Positions 49,864-61,643 are shown, counted from the first letter of the whole stretch. The stretch is 63,985 nt of DNA, filler included, from Perkinsus chesapeaki ATCC PRA-425 (GCA_013115145.1; 9 parts of 9 records of this genome joined end to end with filler, not necessarily neighbours in it), one strand, 5' to 3'. A program made the numbers and translations. Notes: generated by a model from the sequence alone, not told the origin.

Positions 49864-50897
49864 TCCCTAACTAACCTTCTTGTGTACAGAACACCTTGGT
49901 CAATCTCGCCATGATACTCTATATCACAAGGACCTTGTTGGCCGACAACATGTATAGGACCAACGAGGCAGAACCCTTCCTCACCTAATCTGGCAGTGAG
50001 GGGGGCCCAAATCCTTTCTTCGCCTCTGGGCAAAGCAGTAGGATGTTGGTAATCTCCCCAACAGCGCAAGAGACTACCCTGAGAAGCCGAACCGTAAGGC
50101 TGGATAACACCCTCGTAAGTAGATGTAGGCAAGCATGGGGTATCCATAACACCCTCTACGTTCACAACCTTAGTCAGTGGCCTATTGACCCGGCTCGCGT
50201 AGGCCATTGCGAACCTTAAGGCCATAACCACATTAACTCCTAGGCGTGAGTACTCTCCAGAAGGAACATCGGGCAACCCCTTTAAAGCCCGTACAACCTT
50301 CCCCTCAGGTGTCCTTACTTCACCCAGAACCGTAGGAATACCATTCCAGGCTGTTCGACACTCGGGACCATCTAGCAGTATAACGCCCTGGCTACCAAAC
50401 CGCGATAACCAGGAGTGAACACACTCCATTAAAGCCTCAGGACTAGTTTCCTTATCCAGCCCCTCAATAGCTCCAATGGTCGTGACACAAGCATTAGTGG
50501 TTCTTATATAAGGGTAATCAACAATAGCACCAACCTCTGTCCTCCAAGTCGAAGTTGTCTCCTCGGGGCCACCATCATAACCAACCATATCCATCGGACC
50601 GATGTCATCCTTCTCAACACAATCCTTATCGGCCTTAGTGGTCATACCGTGAGGAGAACATATCCCGGTAGAATGCGCGATGCGGTGATCTGAAATCATG
50701 GGCGAAAGCAAATTCCCAGTTGGCGAAGGCAACCGCAGGGCGGAGTGACTGGGATCACTCGAAACAGGACTCGATATCTTAGCACGAATACGTCTCGAGG
50801 AACGCCTTCTAACTTTAGTTATTCTCTCGCTCGAGATCATACGACTAGCGAAGTCTATATCCTTATTAGAACTGTTGCCGCTACGTGTCAACACCAT
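49734..50897 (-). CDS. Upstream ORF1 of the BEL/Pao-like element, unknown function
   Basis: Open ~388 aa from ATG MVLTRSG, directly after the LTR/leader. Its start is conserved in the second copy near 14940-15066. Confidence 0.65.
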   Translation of the reverse strand: MVLTRSGNSSNKDIDFASRMISSERITKVRRRSSRRIRAKISSPVSSDPSHSALRLPSPTGNLLSPMISDHRIAHSTGICSPHGMTTKADKDCVEKDDIGPMDMVGYDGGPEETTSTWRTEVGAIVDYPYIRTTNACVTTIGAIEGLDKETSPEALMECVHSWLSRFGSQGVILLDGPECRTAWNGIPTVLGEVRTPEGKVVRALKGLPDVPSGEYSRLGVNVVMALRFAMAYASRVNRPLTKVVNVEGVMDTPCLPTSTYEGVIQPYGSASQGSLLRCWGDYQHPTALPRGEERIWAPLTARLGEEGFCLVGPIHVVGQQGPCDIEYHGEIDQGVLYTRRLVREWLQGLTVQVIHYGCCQKDTWLPSRTSRREVEGLGSELAGTTQ

Positions 50898-51275
50898 AGT
50901 TACTAGTGAACACAATGCCTAACTCTATAGACAATTGCCGTAACCAGACCTTTCGACTACGTTACTGAACGTACGAAGTATAACCACTAGCGGCTAGTGA
51001 ACCTCAACACAGTCTACTAGCTTAAGCTCTAGCCTAAGTCCCAGGCCTAAGAATCAGAAGCTCAACTCACTCCTGTCCTTAGTTAACCCTTCTTTCGGAG
51101 AGCACTAGGCAAGCACCAGCACAAGGACCTTAGCACGCATGCACAAAAAGGAGACGCCATCGGTGTCACGGCGCACAATACAAGAACAGTAATAACAGAG
51201 TAATACCGTCAAGTATAAACACCGGAAGACCGTATAATAGTTCACGAGTCTCCGTACACTGCGCTGGAGCGCACA

Positions 51276-52025
51276 AGAGAGGGGGACGAACTCCTCTGAT
51301 ACAGCTTGTTTAGTGGTCGGCAATCTATCACCAGCCTCGGTTTTTTTTGCCTTGGTCAGCAAAAAAACCTGGCTTGGTGGTAGTGGTACCTCTCTCCCAT
51401 CAGGTGGTGCCTCAAACCACCAACCCGAGTCCAGATACTCCTGGACGAGTGAATCGAATTTCAACATGTCTGCTTCTTGCAACTTATCGTAGAGATGCTT
51501 CCCATATTGAGGCCCGGCTGCCATTGGACCCCTCAGGGTTTCTGGGATATGAATTTCCCACGTATGGGATTGTTCGGGGGTGCCCCGAATTTCGTCTGCC
51601 CGTATCTCTCTTAGCGAAATTCGGAAGTCTGGTGTCAGCGCCATTGGCCGAGTTCCTTCAAGGCTCTTCAATAGCTTCTGGACCAGTTGATTCTCTGCAT
51701 GGGTCGGGTGAAACCTTACCGTCTCTTCATCCTGGATAGGGTAAGGCAACCCCATATTGACCAACTGGGAAGGATTAGGGCATCCTTCTGCCATTTCGAG
51801 GGCTAAGCATTCGGAGGTAGTTGGGCAAGGAACTGCGGTGGATATGAGGTTACCATTGTAGAACATCTTTTTGGCCCCCACTGTAGTGATACACCACCTG
51901 TCTAAGAATCCACGTCCGAGTAGCAACACTGGCTCTGTTGTAGATCCACTACTTCGAAGGAGCAGGAATGTAGTCTTCTTCGGTTGAGCTACGCTTAGAC
52001 GATTTGGTTGGACCTTTACCTCCCA
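51276..52025 (-). mobile_element. Internal pol fragment (protease C-terminus to RT start) of a second retroelement family
   Basis: TFLLL...PVLLLGRGFLDRW (protease end) and KFDSLVQEYLDSGWW...PPSQVFLL. Interrupted at 51275 by the BEL-like LTR. Confidence 0.65.
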
Positions 52026-52043
52026 TTAACGAACAAAATATAA

Positions 52044-52065
52044 CTTGAGCCAAGATGGCTACGGA
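52044..52065 (-). other. Spliced-leader (SL) relic, Perkinsus/dinoflagellate type
   Basis: Minus strand reads TCCGTAGCCATCTTGGCTCAAG; 21 nt are identical to the Perkinsus SL as I recall it (ACCGTAGCCATCTTGGCTCAAG). It is followed by TT, not a GT donor. Confidence 0.9.
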
Positions 52066-52187
52066 TTATCCTCTCAACATTCCTAGACCGTACCAACAAT
52101 GAATGAACTTGCGTACGAACGATGTACGGCAAGGAAAAATGCGTTTTAACGCGGGTAAAAACTCAACGTTGACGGACAATGCCCCCC
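52066..52187 (-). mobile_element. Putative polypurine tract and start of 3' LTR
   Basis: GGGGGG (52182-52187) 13 nt after the integrase stop, then CAT and TGTCCGTC from 52178. Confidence 0.55.
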
Positions 52188-52199
52188 AGGAAGAATCTT

Positions 52200-53304
52200 C
52201 TAGCAAGGAATCTGAGCACGCTTTAGCTTCTTACGACATTCCTCGCTGATTCTTCCTTTACGAGTCAACTGGACAACAGCTACCAATTGAGAATAGTGTA
52301 TAGTGATCCGATCAGAGCTATTCTGTCCCCAATCTCGCCAACGGCCTTTGTCATCAACATAATACCTACGAATAGTCATAGCGGGGGAAGCATTAGCTTC
52401 GACCACCCCAATATCATAAGACCAAACTTCTTCATTATCATCAGCATCCCATTCAGGGGTAATAAACATTACTATGGACTTGGTCGGAATGTTATGGCGG
52501 CCCATAGGTATCAGATTGTGGGGATCTGGTGGATTCAGCGTATGACCCAACTTCCCATCTTCATTAGTACACAGGCGTAATTGGTGAATAGGCACATTTG
52601 TAGATATACCATGTAGCTTAACTCTGTTATCGTTGATAGCCTCTATTAGATAAGGACCGCTGGATTTAGAGCGGCCCAAACCATCCTGAAATACGCGGAA
52701 CACAGAATCCCCTTCTGATAAATCAGGACATTCATTATCATTAAGTCTGTCAACTCGTTGGGCTCTAACTTGTCCTACCTCCATCGCCCAGGCCTCGCCA
52801 AATTTCTTGACACATTCCGACAGTTCTTTTTCATCAATAGGTGACTGCACCACATTACTTAGGGGAGAAACCAAGGAGTCGAGAGGGCCTTTAGTCTCTT
52901 CACCATAGAGAAGTACTTCGGCAGATATAGGGACCTGCCTTTTGATAGAGGGGTTCTTAAGGGAAGTGTTGATAGCTCGTTGAACTAATGGCAAGGCACT
53001 CAAATCATTAAGAGTAGAGCGTTCGAGTATTCTTTTCATACTCCGAACTGCGTTTTCAACTTGACCTTGAGAACAGGGAGCGTGATCCGCTCCGAACTTC
53101 TGGACCACATTGAGATTTTGGCACAACTGCTTCATAACTTCTGAGCAGAATGCAGAGCCCATATCGGACCTGAGTTCATCCATAATACCAAAGCGGCTCA
53201 CCCATCGGTCAAGTATAGCCCGAGCCGTAACTGTAGCCGACTGGTTGACCACAGGCACCAATTCTACCCAACCGGTTGCCGCGTCTAACATAACCAAAAC
53301 AGAG
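52200..53304 (-). CDS. Ty3/Gypsy-like integrase (5'-truncated) with GPY motif and C-terminal extension
   Basis: LDAATGW (D), RSDMGSAF (D), QGQVEN (E), GPYLI. About 100 extra residues follow the SH3-like region. Confidence 0.9.
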
Positions 53305-53404
53305 NNNNNNNNNNNNNNNNNNNNNNNNNNNNNNNNNNNNNNNNNNNNTTAATTAATTAANNNNNNNNNNNNNNNNNNNNNNNNNNNNNNNNNNNNNNNN
53401 NNNN
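53305..53404. other. Artificial contig linker
   Basis: 44 N + TTAATTAATTAA + 44 N. Confidence 0.97.
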
Positions 53405-53730
53405 GAGATATCTTACGAGCGTTACTTGGCGAGCGAGACAATGGATGCGCTCGACGGAGCGTAGTGAATCGCCATGGCAAAAACAGCGTGGCGCGCGCCC
53501 GAAAATCTCTGTGAACGAGACGGCAATGTTTGCCTAGCAAACGTGTGATATATGTACGTGGCTTTAAGGCTGGGGAGTTGGGCTGTTGTTAACGCTAAAG
53601 GATTGTAGTTGGTATTGCAACTAGTACCTATCTCCCGCACCCTTTACGTGTATAACGGAGATCTAGAGGTTGTCGGCGTCCTCACCAGTACAAGTAATGT
53701 AATCTTTTAGACCTCCCTTTTTGTTACCTT

Positions 53731-55011
53731 ATGGGCGTATCATCCTTGTCACCCACTAGCAAGTTTCGCACTGTTAGTAGCATCGGTCGCCCTAACGGTT
53801 CGTCCAACTTAAGAACGATCGTTAATTTCGCCCTGGTGGCCATCGGTGTCGGTATCTTAGCTCTACCCAGAGCTATTGCCCAAGGTGGATGGGTTATCGG
53901 TACGGTGCTGATGTTCGTTGCCTGGGTGGTCTCACAGTACGCCATATATCTGCTTTGGAAATGCATGGTTATGTTGCCTGAAGGGGAAGAGCCGAACTCC
54001 TTCCAGGCTATTGGCCAAAAATGCTACGGAAAAATAGGTGAAGTAGTTGTTGCCGTCGTCCTCTACACGGACCTTCTTATGGTCTGTTCCCTGCTGGTGA
54101 TACTAGTAGGAGATGGTATGCATCAGCTCATACCATCAGTGGCCCGCATTTGGTGGTGCCTTATCTTCGTTGGCATCATGATGCCACTCGCATGGATGCC
54201 TACTATGAAAGAGATAGCCTTTGTTTCCGCTCTGGGCATCATAGCTGCCTTCGTGACTGTGATTGCCGTCATCATAGCTTCAGCCAGAGAGACAGCTAGT
54301 CCTACCAAGGAGCATGAATATGAGCTTTTCCCCTCGTCGGCTACAACGGCTACCCTTTCCTTTACGAACTTCATGAACGCCTTTACAGTAGCACCTGTCA
54401 TACCTACTCTCATTGATGATATGAAGCGCCCTGAAGGTTTCCCAAAAGTTTCATCAATATCTTTTGCTGTCATACTTTGTATTTTCGCCTCTATTGCCTA
54501 TGCTGGCTACGCCGGGTTCGGCCATGAGCTGCTAGCGGTGCCAAACGTTACCTTCGCCATCGCTGATGGTCGTTCCAGGTCAGATTGGATCGTTATTACA
54601 GTACAAGTGGCAATAGAAATTGTATGTTTCAGTCATTTCCTGGTGATGTTTAACCCGGTCTGTATAGGGGTGGAGAGTGCCTTGGACAACATCAGGGGCA
54701 AGACCAACCCCTACTGGATAAAGATGATTTCCCGCGCCATCCTCATGGTTGTATGCTTTGCCATCGCTGTCACCGTACCTGGCTTTGGCTCTCTCGTGGA
54801 TCTTGTTGGTGCTACATTGGTCATGCTGCTGCAAATAGTTTTCCCTATCGTTTTTTACGTTGTTCTGTCGCGCAAGTACCTTCCCGACTCTTCTGCAGAG
54901 TCCAAGGGGAGAAGTGTCCGTTATATGGAGTACGGTTTCATGGGTTTCTGTTTATGTTTGGCACTAATAGGTATGGTGTTTGGCACATGGTCAGCGGTTA
55001 AGTCGTGGTAG
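53731..55011 (+). CDS. Amino acid/auxin permease (AAAP, Aa_trans) family transporter, intronless, 426 aa
   Basis: N-terminal AIGVGILALPRAIAQGGW, SFQAIG..CYG, ~11 hydrophobic segments, C-terminal LVDLVGA...FP. Confidence 0.93.
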   Translation: MGVSSLSPTSKFRTVSSIGRPNGSSNLRTIVNFALVAIGVGILALPRAIAQGGWVIGTVLMFVAWVVSQYAIYLLWKCMVMLPEGEEPNSFQAIGQKCYGKIGEVVVAVVLYTDLLMVCSLLVILVGDGMHQLIPSVARIWWCLIFVGIMMPLAWMPTMKEIAFVSALGIIAAFVTVIAVIIASARETASPTKEHEYELFPSSATTATLSFTNFMNAFTVAPVIPTLIDDMKRPEGFPKVSSISFAVILCIFASIAYAGYAGFGHELLAVPNVTFAIADGRSRSDWIVITVQVAIEIVCFSHFLVMFNPVCIGVESALDNIRGKTNPYWIKMISRAILMVVCFAIAVTVPGFGSLVDLVGATLVMLLQIVFPIVFYVVLSRKYLPDSSAESKGRSVRYMEYGFMGFCLCLALIGMVFGTWSAVKSW

Positions 55012-55899
55012 TGGCTTACAGCAAAGCTTGCGCAATAGGAGTTTGTATTGTATCATTACGAGGCTTCTAGCCCGTTGGTTTCGGAGTTAAGTAACTCCTG
55101 CGTCTATAAGTATAGCCGCAAATGAGTATTAGTCATTAACCGTCGCCGTCAGAAGAGCCAGCTGTACTAGCCTAAGCTCTTATATGCGGTTTTTGCCCCT
55201 TTCATTAATAAGTCGGATTCTTTTGTCGAATTCATGCTTTGAGTTTGTCACACAGGAGAGTAGCGGAGGGACTCGGAAGATGGCCGCTCACAGAGCAACC
55301 CGAGAATCCTGTAGGAACGTTGGATGCCGCTCGTCTTGGAATGATCATTTCAGCCGAGCGTGATGATTGGTACAACGATTGCCTGTGGAGAATACCTCTT
55401 TGGTGCAAAAATGGAGCAGAATCCTGGGAAGGTTGCTTGAAATATCGTTCCGCGATGTAGACCACCACAAGGTTCCTTGGAGTGTAGGAATGTGGTATGT
55501 ACATACTATATGTTTCCGCCGCTTTCCAATAGTGTCTTGGAGTCTATTTAGCAGTACATGTACCACAAGCGTGTACACAGTTAGATGCTTTAAGAAGTAA
55601 TGCTTTTCATATAACCTTTTTTTCTAGGATCATGTTTCCTACTTAGATTCCCACTGCATCTTCGTATTCTTATGGCTCTGGGGTTCCCGATTTCCGCGAG
55701 CCTAAGTGGTGTCCGGTGTGAAACTAAAAGGCATCTTCTTTGAGTTATCGTTTGTCGTATAATGTCACAATGATACAACAACGACCACCACCTGTCAACA
55801 GGAGACCTAGGGGGCCGGCCAAAGGTAAGGTGGGCCTTTGAGCCAGAGTGGTTAGTAAGGAGTAGGTCCATCACCGCCCTCAAAGCCACGGCAAGATGG

Positions 55900-57224
55900 T
55901 CGGGAGCAGTCGGGTGCTCGGCAGATGTAATATCCTTAGGGGTTAGGTATTACCTGAATAGTATCAACGCAAGAGTTGGGGGGCTACTCATGCTCGACTT
56001 TGTGGACGCGCGGAGCTGTTGACATTATGATGATCTATCTACATTAACCATTACATGATTTCAGGCCCCCCAGCAGCGAGCCAGTGGCGTCGCCTAGAGA
56101 GAGCGGCGACCGGTAGTAGAGCTAGGCTTCATGGAGATGGAGGTTGTATTTGTTGCAGACTGGTGGGGCGGAATATTCTTGGTCAAGCTCAAGCAGAGTT
56201 CGATCGGCTTGTGTCGGAGAGCGGGAAACTGAGGAAGCAGCTAGCGGCAGCTCAGCAACTGTCAACGTCTCAGCGAGCCACGATAGACGAGCTGGAGTCA
56301 AAGGTGCGGTAATCTCACGGGGTTGGTCAGAAGGATGCCTCAGTTGGAGAGTTCGCAAGGTGAAGTTGACAAGTTGAAAAAGGAGGGCACAGGGCGGGAA
56401 GTGGAACTTCGCGGGTAGAATGTCAGCGACCATTGTGGGTGATTTCTGGAGTCAGTTCTCTGTCATCGGCACAGAAGAAGGTTACCGAGCTGCAAAGCAC
56501 GGTTAAGCGCCTAGAGACCGAACTCAGTGCGGCGCGCGAAGGTGGGGAAATTGGATGGGAGCAGCGTCATCACTCGCGTGTCAGAATCCGAAGCACGAGG
56601 ACAGGCCTGTGATCAGTTGGGAGAGCAAATAGCGAGGCTCCAGGCCGAGAATCAGTCTAGCGTTGCGGAGCTTGCATCTCTTCGAGAGCATGTAAACCGC
56701 TGACGTCGTTCCGGGTGTGTTATGCGCTGATAAGGTTCTGCGTCTTCAAGGGGGCAGCACGCATAGGGGAGGCTCTCGGAGCTCAGGGAGCCATCACAGG
56801 AGGTCGGGCTCGGATACGGCTTCGCCATTGGGCACTCCTTATCAGGCATCGGGGACGGCGGTACCGACCGTCGTCGAAGCAGAGCATGTCGCTGACGGCA
56901 GATAGCACTCTGCCGGTGGGGAGCAGCTCCTCTGAGGTGATCACCAGCACACAGGAATTAGAATGACGCTGCTTGGTCAGATACCGGGAGGACGTGGGGT
57001 ACGCTCTTCCGAAGGAGCTGCTGTCTTCCTTGAGAGGAAGAGCAGGGAAATTCATGCACTTAAGCGAGAGCTTGGTGAGCCGGGCCGGCTCCAGTAGAGG
57101 ATTGAGTGTGTTTCTTGCCAGAGATTGCGCGCAAAGACAACGCTGCGATGTATGCGGCTTTGAGGGCCAACGATCAGTAAAACAAGAGAACGACCGGAAC
57201 AACAGCGAAGTTTGTTTTTGATTA
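55900..57224 (+). CDS. Hypothetical multi-exon coiled-coil protein (boundaries uncertain)
   Basis: Heptad-like segments AEFDRLVSESGKLRKQLAAAQQ, KVTELQSTVKRLETEL and QIARLQAENQSSVAEL in successive frames separated by short GT-AG introns. Confidence 0.3.
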
Positions 57225-57797
57225 GAATTCACGCTCCTCCTTCGGTCGCACATCCGCCACTTCCTCGGGCGACGATGCTGCCGCCCCTTAGCGGGCTGGC
57301 AGAGAATGCAGGCGGCTTTGGTATGATGTCTAGGCTGCTCAATCTTGACCCTGTCCTGCCGAAGATGGCAATTCAAGTAGGCAATCTTTGATGATGCTTT
57401 TAAGAGTTGCACCGTTGATGCATTTTCAGAGAGAACTGCAGGCTCGTAATTTGAGTCCGAACCGCCGCGGATTCTGAGAGCAAGGCAAGAAGTGTAACCA
57501 TTTGAATCCGCTAATTCATAACTCATATGATGTAACGCTGTTGGCGACTTTATCAGTATAACTTACGCTTTGAGTTCACCAGTCCGCGACAGAGGATCGC
57601 TGCATTGTGATGGCCGTAGTCTCCTATACTAGAGGGTCGAAGTGACCTCGAGTGGAGGAGCACTGATAGGCCCGGAGAGGCGCATTTGTGGGCCTCGTGC
57701 GCACGCGTGCAGGCATGCGCATGCGTCTACCCGCGATAGCTGGAGCCTCCCGCTTGAAGACTTGTAGTTGAATGAAAGTTGTATTTGGCTGTTAAGA

Positions 57798-58726
57798 ATG
57801 ACGGTCTACCCTGTCCCCTTCTTCAAGGGGTGTTCCCCCGAGCCTCCCGCGTTCACCTGCCCAAATGCTTATGCTTCATCCCAGCTTCCTCCGTCTAAGA
57901 ACAAGCTCATCGATCACACTCTGTTGAAGCCAGAGGCGACCGAAAGCCAAATCCGCAAGCTCTGCGAAGAAGCGAAAGAATACGACTTTGCCAGTGTGTG
58001 CATCAACCCTTACTGGGTCAGCCTCGGCCACGAACTCCTGAAGGAGACCGATGTGAGAGTTTGCACGGTGATAGGCTTCCCACTGGGAGCCTCAGCTACC
58101 GCTAGTAAAGGGCAAGAAGCCGTCCAGGCTGTTAAGGATGGGGCTAGAGAAGTAGACATGGTTATCAATGTTGGTGAGATCAAGGGGAAGAACTTCAAGG
58201 CTGTGGAAGATGATGTCTACTGTGTTGTGAACTCTATTAGAGCTCACCTTGCCAACACAGGAGCTGACACTAACACTGGTGGCGTCGTTGTTAAGGTGAG
58301 AACTACTTACCTGCCGGCAGAGCTACTCACTAATCAGCGTGACTAGCCGTCTGCTCGGCCAGCGTCCATTGTATTTTTCGCTACAGCTCAATTGGATGCT
58401 AATCCAAAAGATTTTCACTGCATCTCTTTCAGGTGATCCTGGAATGTTGCCTTCTGACTGATGAGGAAGTTGTGGAAGCCTCTAAGCTTTGTGTTTCTGC
58501 TGGTGCCGATTTCGTGAAGACCAGTACTGGCTTCAGTAAGCACGGTGCGACCGAGCACCATATCAAACTCATGCGCGACACTGTCGGGGACAAGGTTGGC
58601 GTGAAGGCCGCTGGTGGCGTAAGGACTCCCGAAGACATGGATAAGATGGTTCGTGCTGGTGCTACTCGCATCGGCACATCCAATGGCGTTGCCTTGATGA
58701 CCGGCGGAACAGGCACCGGTTATTAA
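57798..58726 (+). CDS. deoC: Deoxyribose-phosphate aldolase, copy 1 (one intron 58296-58432; 263 aa)
   Basis: [26 protein letters not shown]^VILE, Schiff-base lysine in [20 protein letters not shown]. Confidence 0.96.
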
Positions 58727-59316
58727 GTTGGACTGATGATGCAACGTTCTTTGTTTGTGTACAAGTCATGATACTGCGCGCGACGCGGCTCGCGTCTTTC
58801 TATTGCTAGAACGGTTATGATTTTATCCTTATTCAGATTGCCCCATAATCATATTGTGTTGATGCAAATCCTGATTAATTCAATGATTCTCTCGTCTTCA
58901 GTAAATCGCTCATCGAATGCATGACCGCAGAAAAAAACTCTGCGTTTCAGTGAACGAATACCACTTTTAGAGGTTAGAAGGAGCATGTTACAACACAACC
59001 GCAGCACAACTGCCTCGTGTAGCAGCAGGACTTCCTAATTTTTCGACTATTCCAAGTCGCTTGACTCTCACAAAAGATGTATGCCGCGTTGAATACCGCT
59101 TGTGTGGACACGAACGAATTCCTGACAAGGGTGCGCTGACACACAACATCTGTCTATTTTTATCGGCTAAGTTCGAGCTTAGCTCGCTGACGCTAGCCGA
59201 TCGTCATTTGATGTTATTATGTAGATAGCAATTAGTCATTAATTACTGTTTTATTGGTTGTTCACATGTTGATTATTTTCGCAGGTTTTATAGTTATCTC
59301 TTAAACTCTCAATACA

Positions 59317-60081
59317 ATGTCCTTCCCCGTTCCATTCTTCAAGGGTATGACTCCCGTCCCCCCGGTTTTCGCTTGCCCCAACTCTTATGATAGCGATAAA
59401 GCCCCTGAAAAGAGGAATAAGTTTATTGACCATACTCAACTTGCCGCTGATGCCACTGAGGATAAGATCCGGAAGCTCTGTGCCGAAGCCAAGGAGAATG
59501 ACTTTATGAGTGTCTGCATCAACCCTTGCTGGATTCCTCTAGCTTACGAGCTCCTTAAGGACACTGATGTCAAGGTCTGCACTGTTATTGGATTCCCTCT
59601 CGGTGCTACTTCGACTGCTTCCAAGTCTCTTGAGGCTGTCGAGGCTGTGAAGGACGGCGCCAAGGAAGTTGATATGGTTATCAACATTGGCTATATTAAG
59701 AGTGGCATGTGGGACAAGGTTGAGGACGATGTCTACAGCGTTGTTAACTCCGTTCGTGCCTACTTGGCTAACCATAACGCTAACCCCGAAACCGATGGTG
59801 TTGTTGTTAAGGTTATCCTCGAGTGTTGTCTATTGACTGATGAAGAGGTCGTGAAGGCTTGTAAGGTCTGCGTTGATGCCGGTGCCGAGTTTGTGAAGAC
59901 CAGTACTGGTTTCAGCAAGTACGGTGCTACTGTCCATCATGTGAAGCTCATGCGTGAGACTGTGGGCTCCAAGTGTGGCGTTAAGGCCGCTGGTGGTATT
60001 CATAGCAAGCAGGAGATGGATGATCTCGTTGCTGCTGGTGCCACTCGTATCGGTGCTTCTAAGGGACTTGCTTTGATGTAA
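59317..60081 (+). CDS. deoC: Deoxyribose-phosphate aldolase, copy 2 (intronless, 254 aa)
   Basis: Same motifs; complete ORF. Confidence 0.97.
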   Translation: MSFPVPFFKGMTPVPPVFACPNSYDSDKAPEKRNKFIDHTQLAADATEDKIRKLCAEAKENDFMSVCINPCWIPLAYELLKDTDVKVCTVIGFPLGATSTASKSLEAVEAVKDGAKEVDMVINIGYIKSGMWDKVEDDVYSVVNSVRAYLANHNANPETDGVVVKVILECCLLTDEEVVKACKVCVDAGAEFVKTSTGFSKYGATVHHVKLMRETVGSKCGVKAAGGIHSKQEMDDLVAAGATRIGASKGLALM

Positions 60082-60878
60082 GCCATCGATATGCTGTTTA
60101 TAGCTATCAAATGAATTGTAGTCTGTCTAGTTTATAAGATCCTTGTGGGGGAATCATCCGCGAGGTTTGTACAAAAAGTACCTTAATTTGTATTGTGTTC
60201 CATATGAGGGGATTTTGACAAGGCTGTAGAATATATCTAAGTACAATCAGTGACTTTGATCAAGAGCAGGGAAATTTGTTGAAGAAATCAACGATTTCCG
60301 GCAGCCTGAAAATGATCAGTGACGATCGTAACGAGAATTCAGTTGAATTCAATCTGACATGCTTGCCCTTAATGTCTTCTAGAGGAGGCTATAGAAGGCG
60401 ATGTTCGAGTGACTCAGCATTAGTCCTGTAGCCATACCGTTCTAAATAATACGTCCCCTGAATATGACAAATCACAACACCGAGTATTCTGCAACTTAAA
60501 TTTTCATTCAACATCGTTCCTTGCTGAGCATGCTATCCAAATCACTATCAGGGCCCAACACCCTATAGTTTGAGGAAATGAGAAGGTTGCTCTAACCTCG
60601 TTTGTTCATGCGTGTCGATGTCCTGTAGTACCCAACAGTAAACAATATTGAAAGTGAACAAAAGATATGTTGATTAGCGTATCCTGAATATCCACTGCGC
60701 AGCTTGTCTCCTCTACTAGCGACAGCTTGGACAGGATGCAGGCGTTGTTGTCATTAGTCTATCAAATTACTACAGCACTCGAGTGCGTATTGTATAGTTC
60801 CTTTTGAGGCTTAATCAGCATGTTACGAAATCACTTCTTTGGTGTAGTTATTTATAGTTTATTCCAGTTTCGCTGAAA

Positions 60879-61643
60879 ATGTCCTTCCCCGTTCCATTCT
60901 TCAAGGGTATGACTCCCGTCCCCCCGGTTTTCGCTTGCCCCAACTCTTATGATAGCGATAAAGCCCCTGAAAAGAGGAATAAGTTTATTGACCATACTCA
61001 ACTTGCCGCTGATGCCTCCGAGGATAAGATCCGGAAGCTCTGTGCCGAAGCCAAGGAGAATGACTTCATGAGTGTTTGTATCAACGCTTGCTGGGTTCCT
61101 CTAGCTTACGATCTTCTTAAGGACACTGATGTCAAAGTCTGCACTGTTATTGGGTTCCCTCTCGGTGCTACTTCGACTGCTGCCAAGTCTCTTGAGGCTG
61201 TCCAGGCTGTCAAGGACGGTGCCAAGGAAGTTGATATGGTTATCAACATTGGCTATATTAAGAGTGGCATGTGGGACAAGGTTGAGGACGATGTCTACAG
61301 CGTTGTTAACTCCGTTCGTGCCTACTTGGCTAACCATAACGCTAACCCCGAAACCGATGGTGTTATTGTTAAGGTTATCCTCGAGTGTTGTCTATTGACT
61401 GATGAAGAGGTCGTGAAGGCTTGTAAGGTCTGTGTTGATGCCGGTGCCGAGTTTGTGAAGACCAGTACTGGTTTCAGCAAGTACGGTGCTACTGTCCATC
61501 ATGTGAAGCTCATGCGTGAGACTGTGGGCTCCAAGTGTGGCGTTAAGGCCGCTGGTGGTATTCATAGCAAGCAGGAGATGGATGATCTCGTTGCTGCTGG
61601 TGCCACTCGTATCGGTGCTTCTAAGGGACTTGCTTTGATGTGA
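60879..61643 (+). CDS. deoC: Deoxyribose-phosphate aldolase, copy 3 (intronless, 254 aa)
   Basis: Near-identical to copy 2 with a handful of substitutions. Confidence 0.97.
   Translation: MSFPVPFFKGMTPVPPVFACPNSYDSDKAPEKRNKFIDHTQLAADASEDKIRKLCAEAKENDFMSVCINACWVPLAYDLLKDTDVKVCTVIGFPLGATSTAAKSLEAVQAVKDGAKEVDMVINIGYIKSGMWDKVEDDVYSVVNSVRAYLANHNANPETDGVIVKVILECCLLTDEEVVKACKVCVDAGAEFVKTSTGFSKYGATVHHVKLMRETVGSKCGVKAAGGIHSKQEMDDLVAAGATRIGASKGLALM

Larger units (their letters stand above)
43380..51275 (-). mobile_element. BEL/Pao-like LTR retrotransposon, 5' LTR to truncated integrase
   Basis: LTR starts TGTGCGCT at 51275. Domain order is Gag (3 CCHC), protease, RT, RNase H, integrase, with BEL-type motifs. 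No 3' LTR in this contig. Confidence 0.85.

Noticed and set aside
52044-52065. SL RNA gene
   Set aside because: The leader is followed by TT rather than the GT splice donor and leads into pol-derived sequence.
59317-61643. Bacterial contamination (intronless deoC)
   Set aside because: Same contig as an intron-containing paralog that shares the unusual N-terminus and internal insertion; no deo operon genes or Shine-Dalgarno context.
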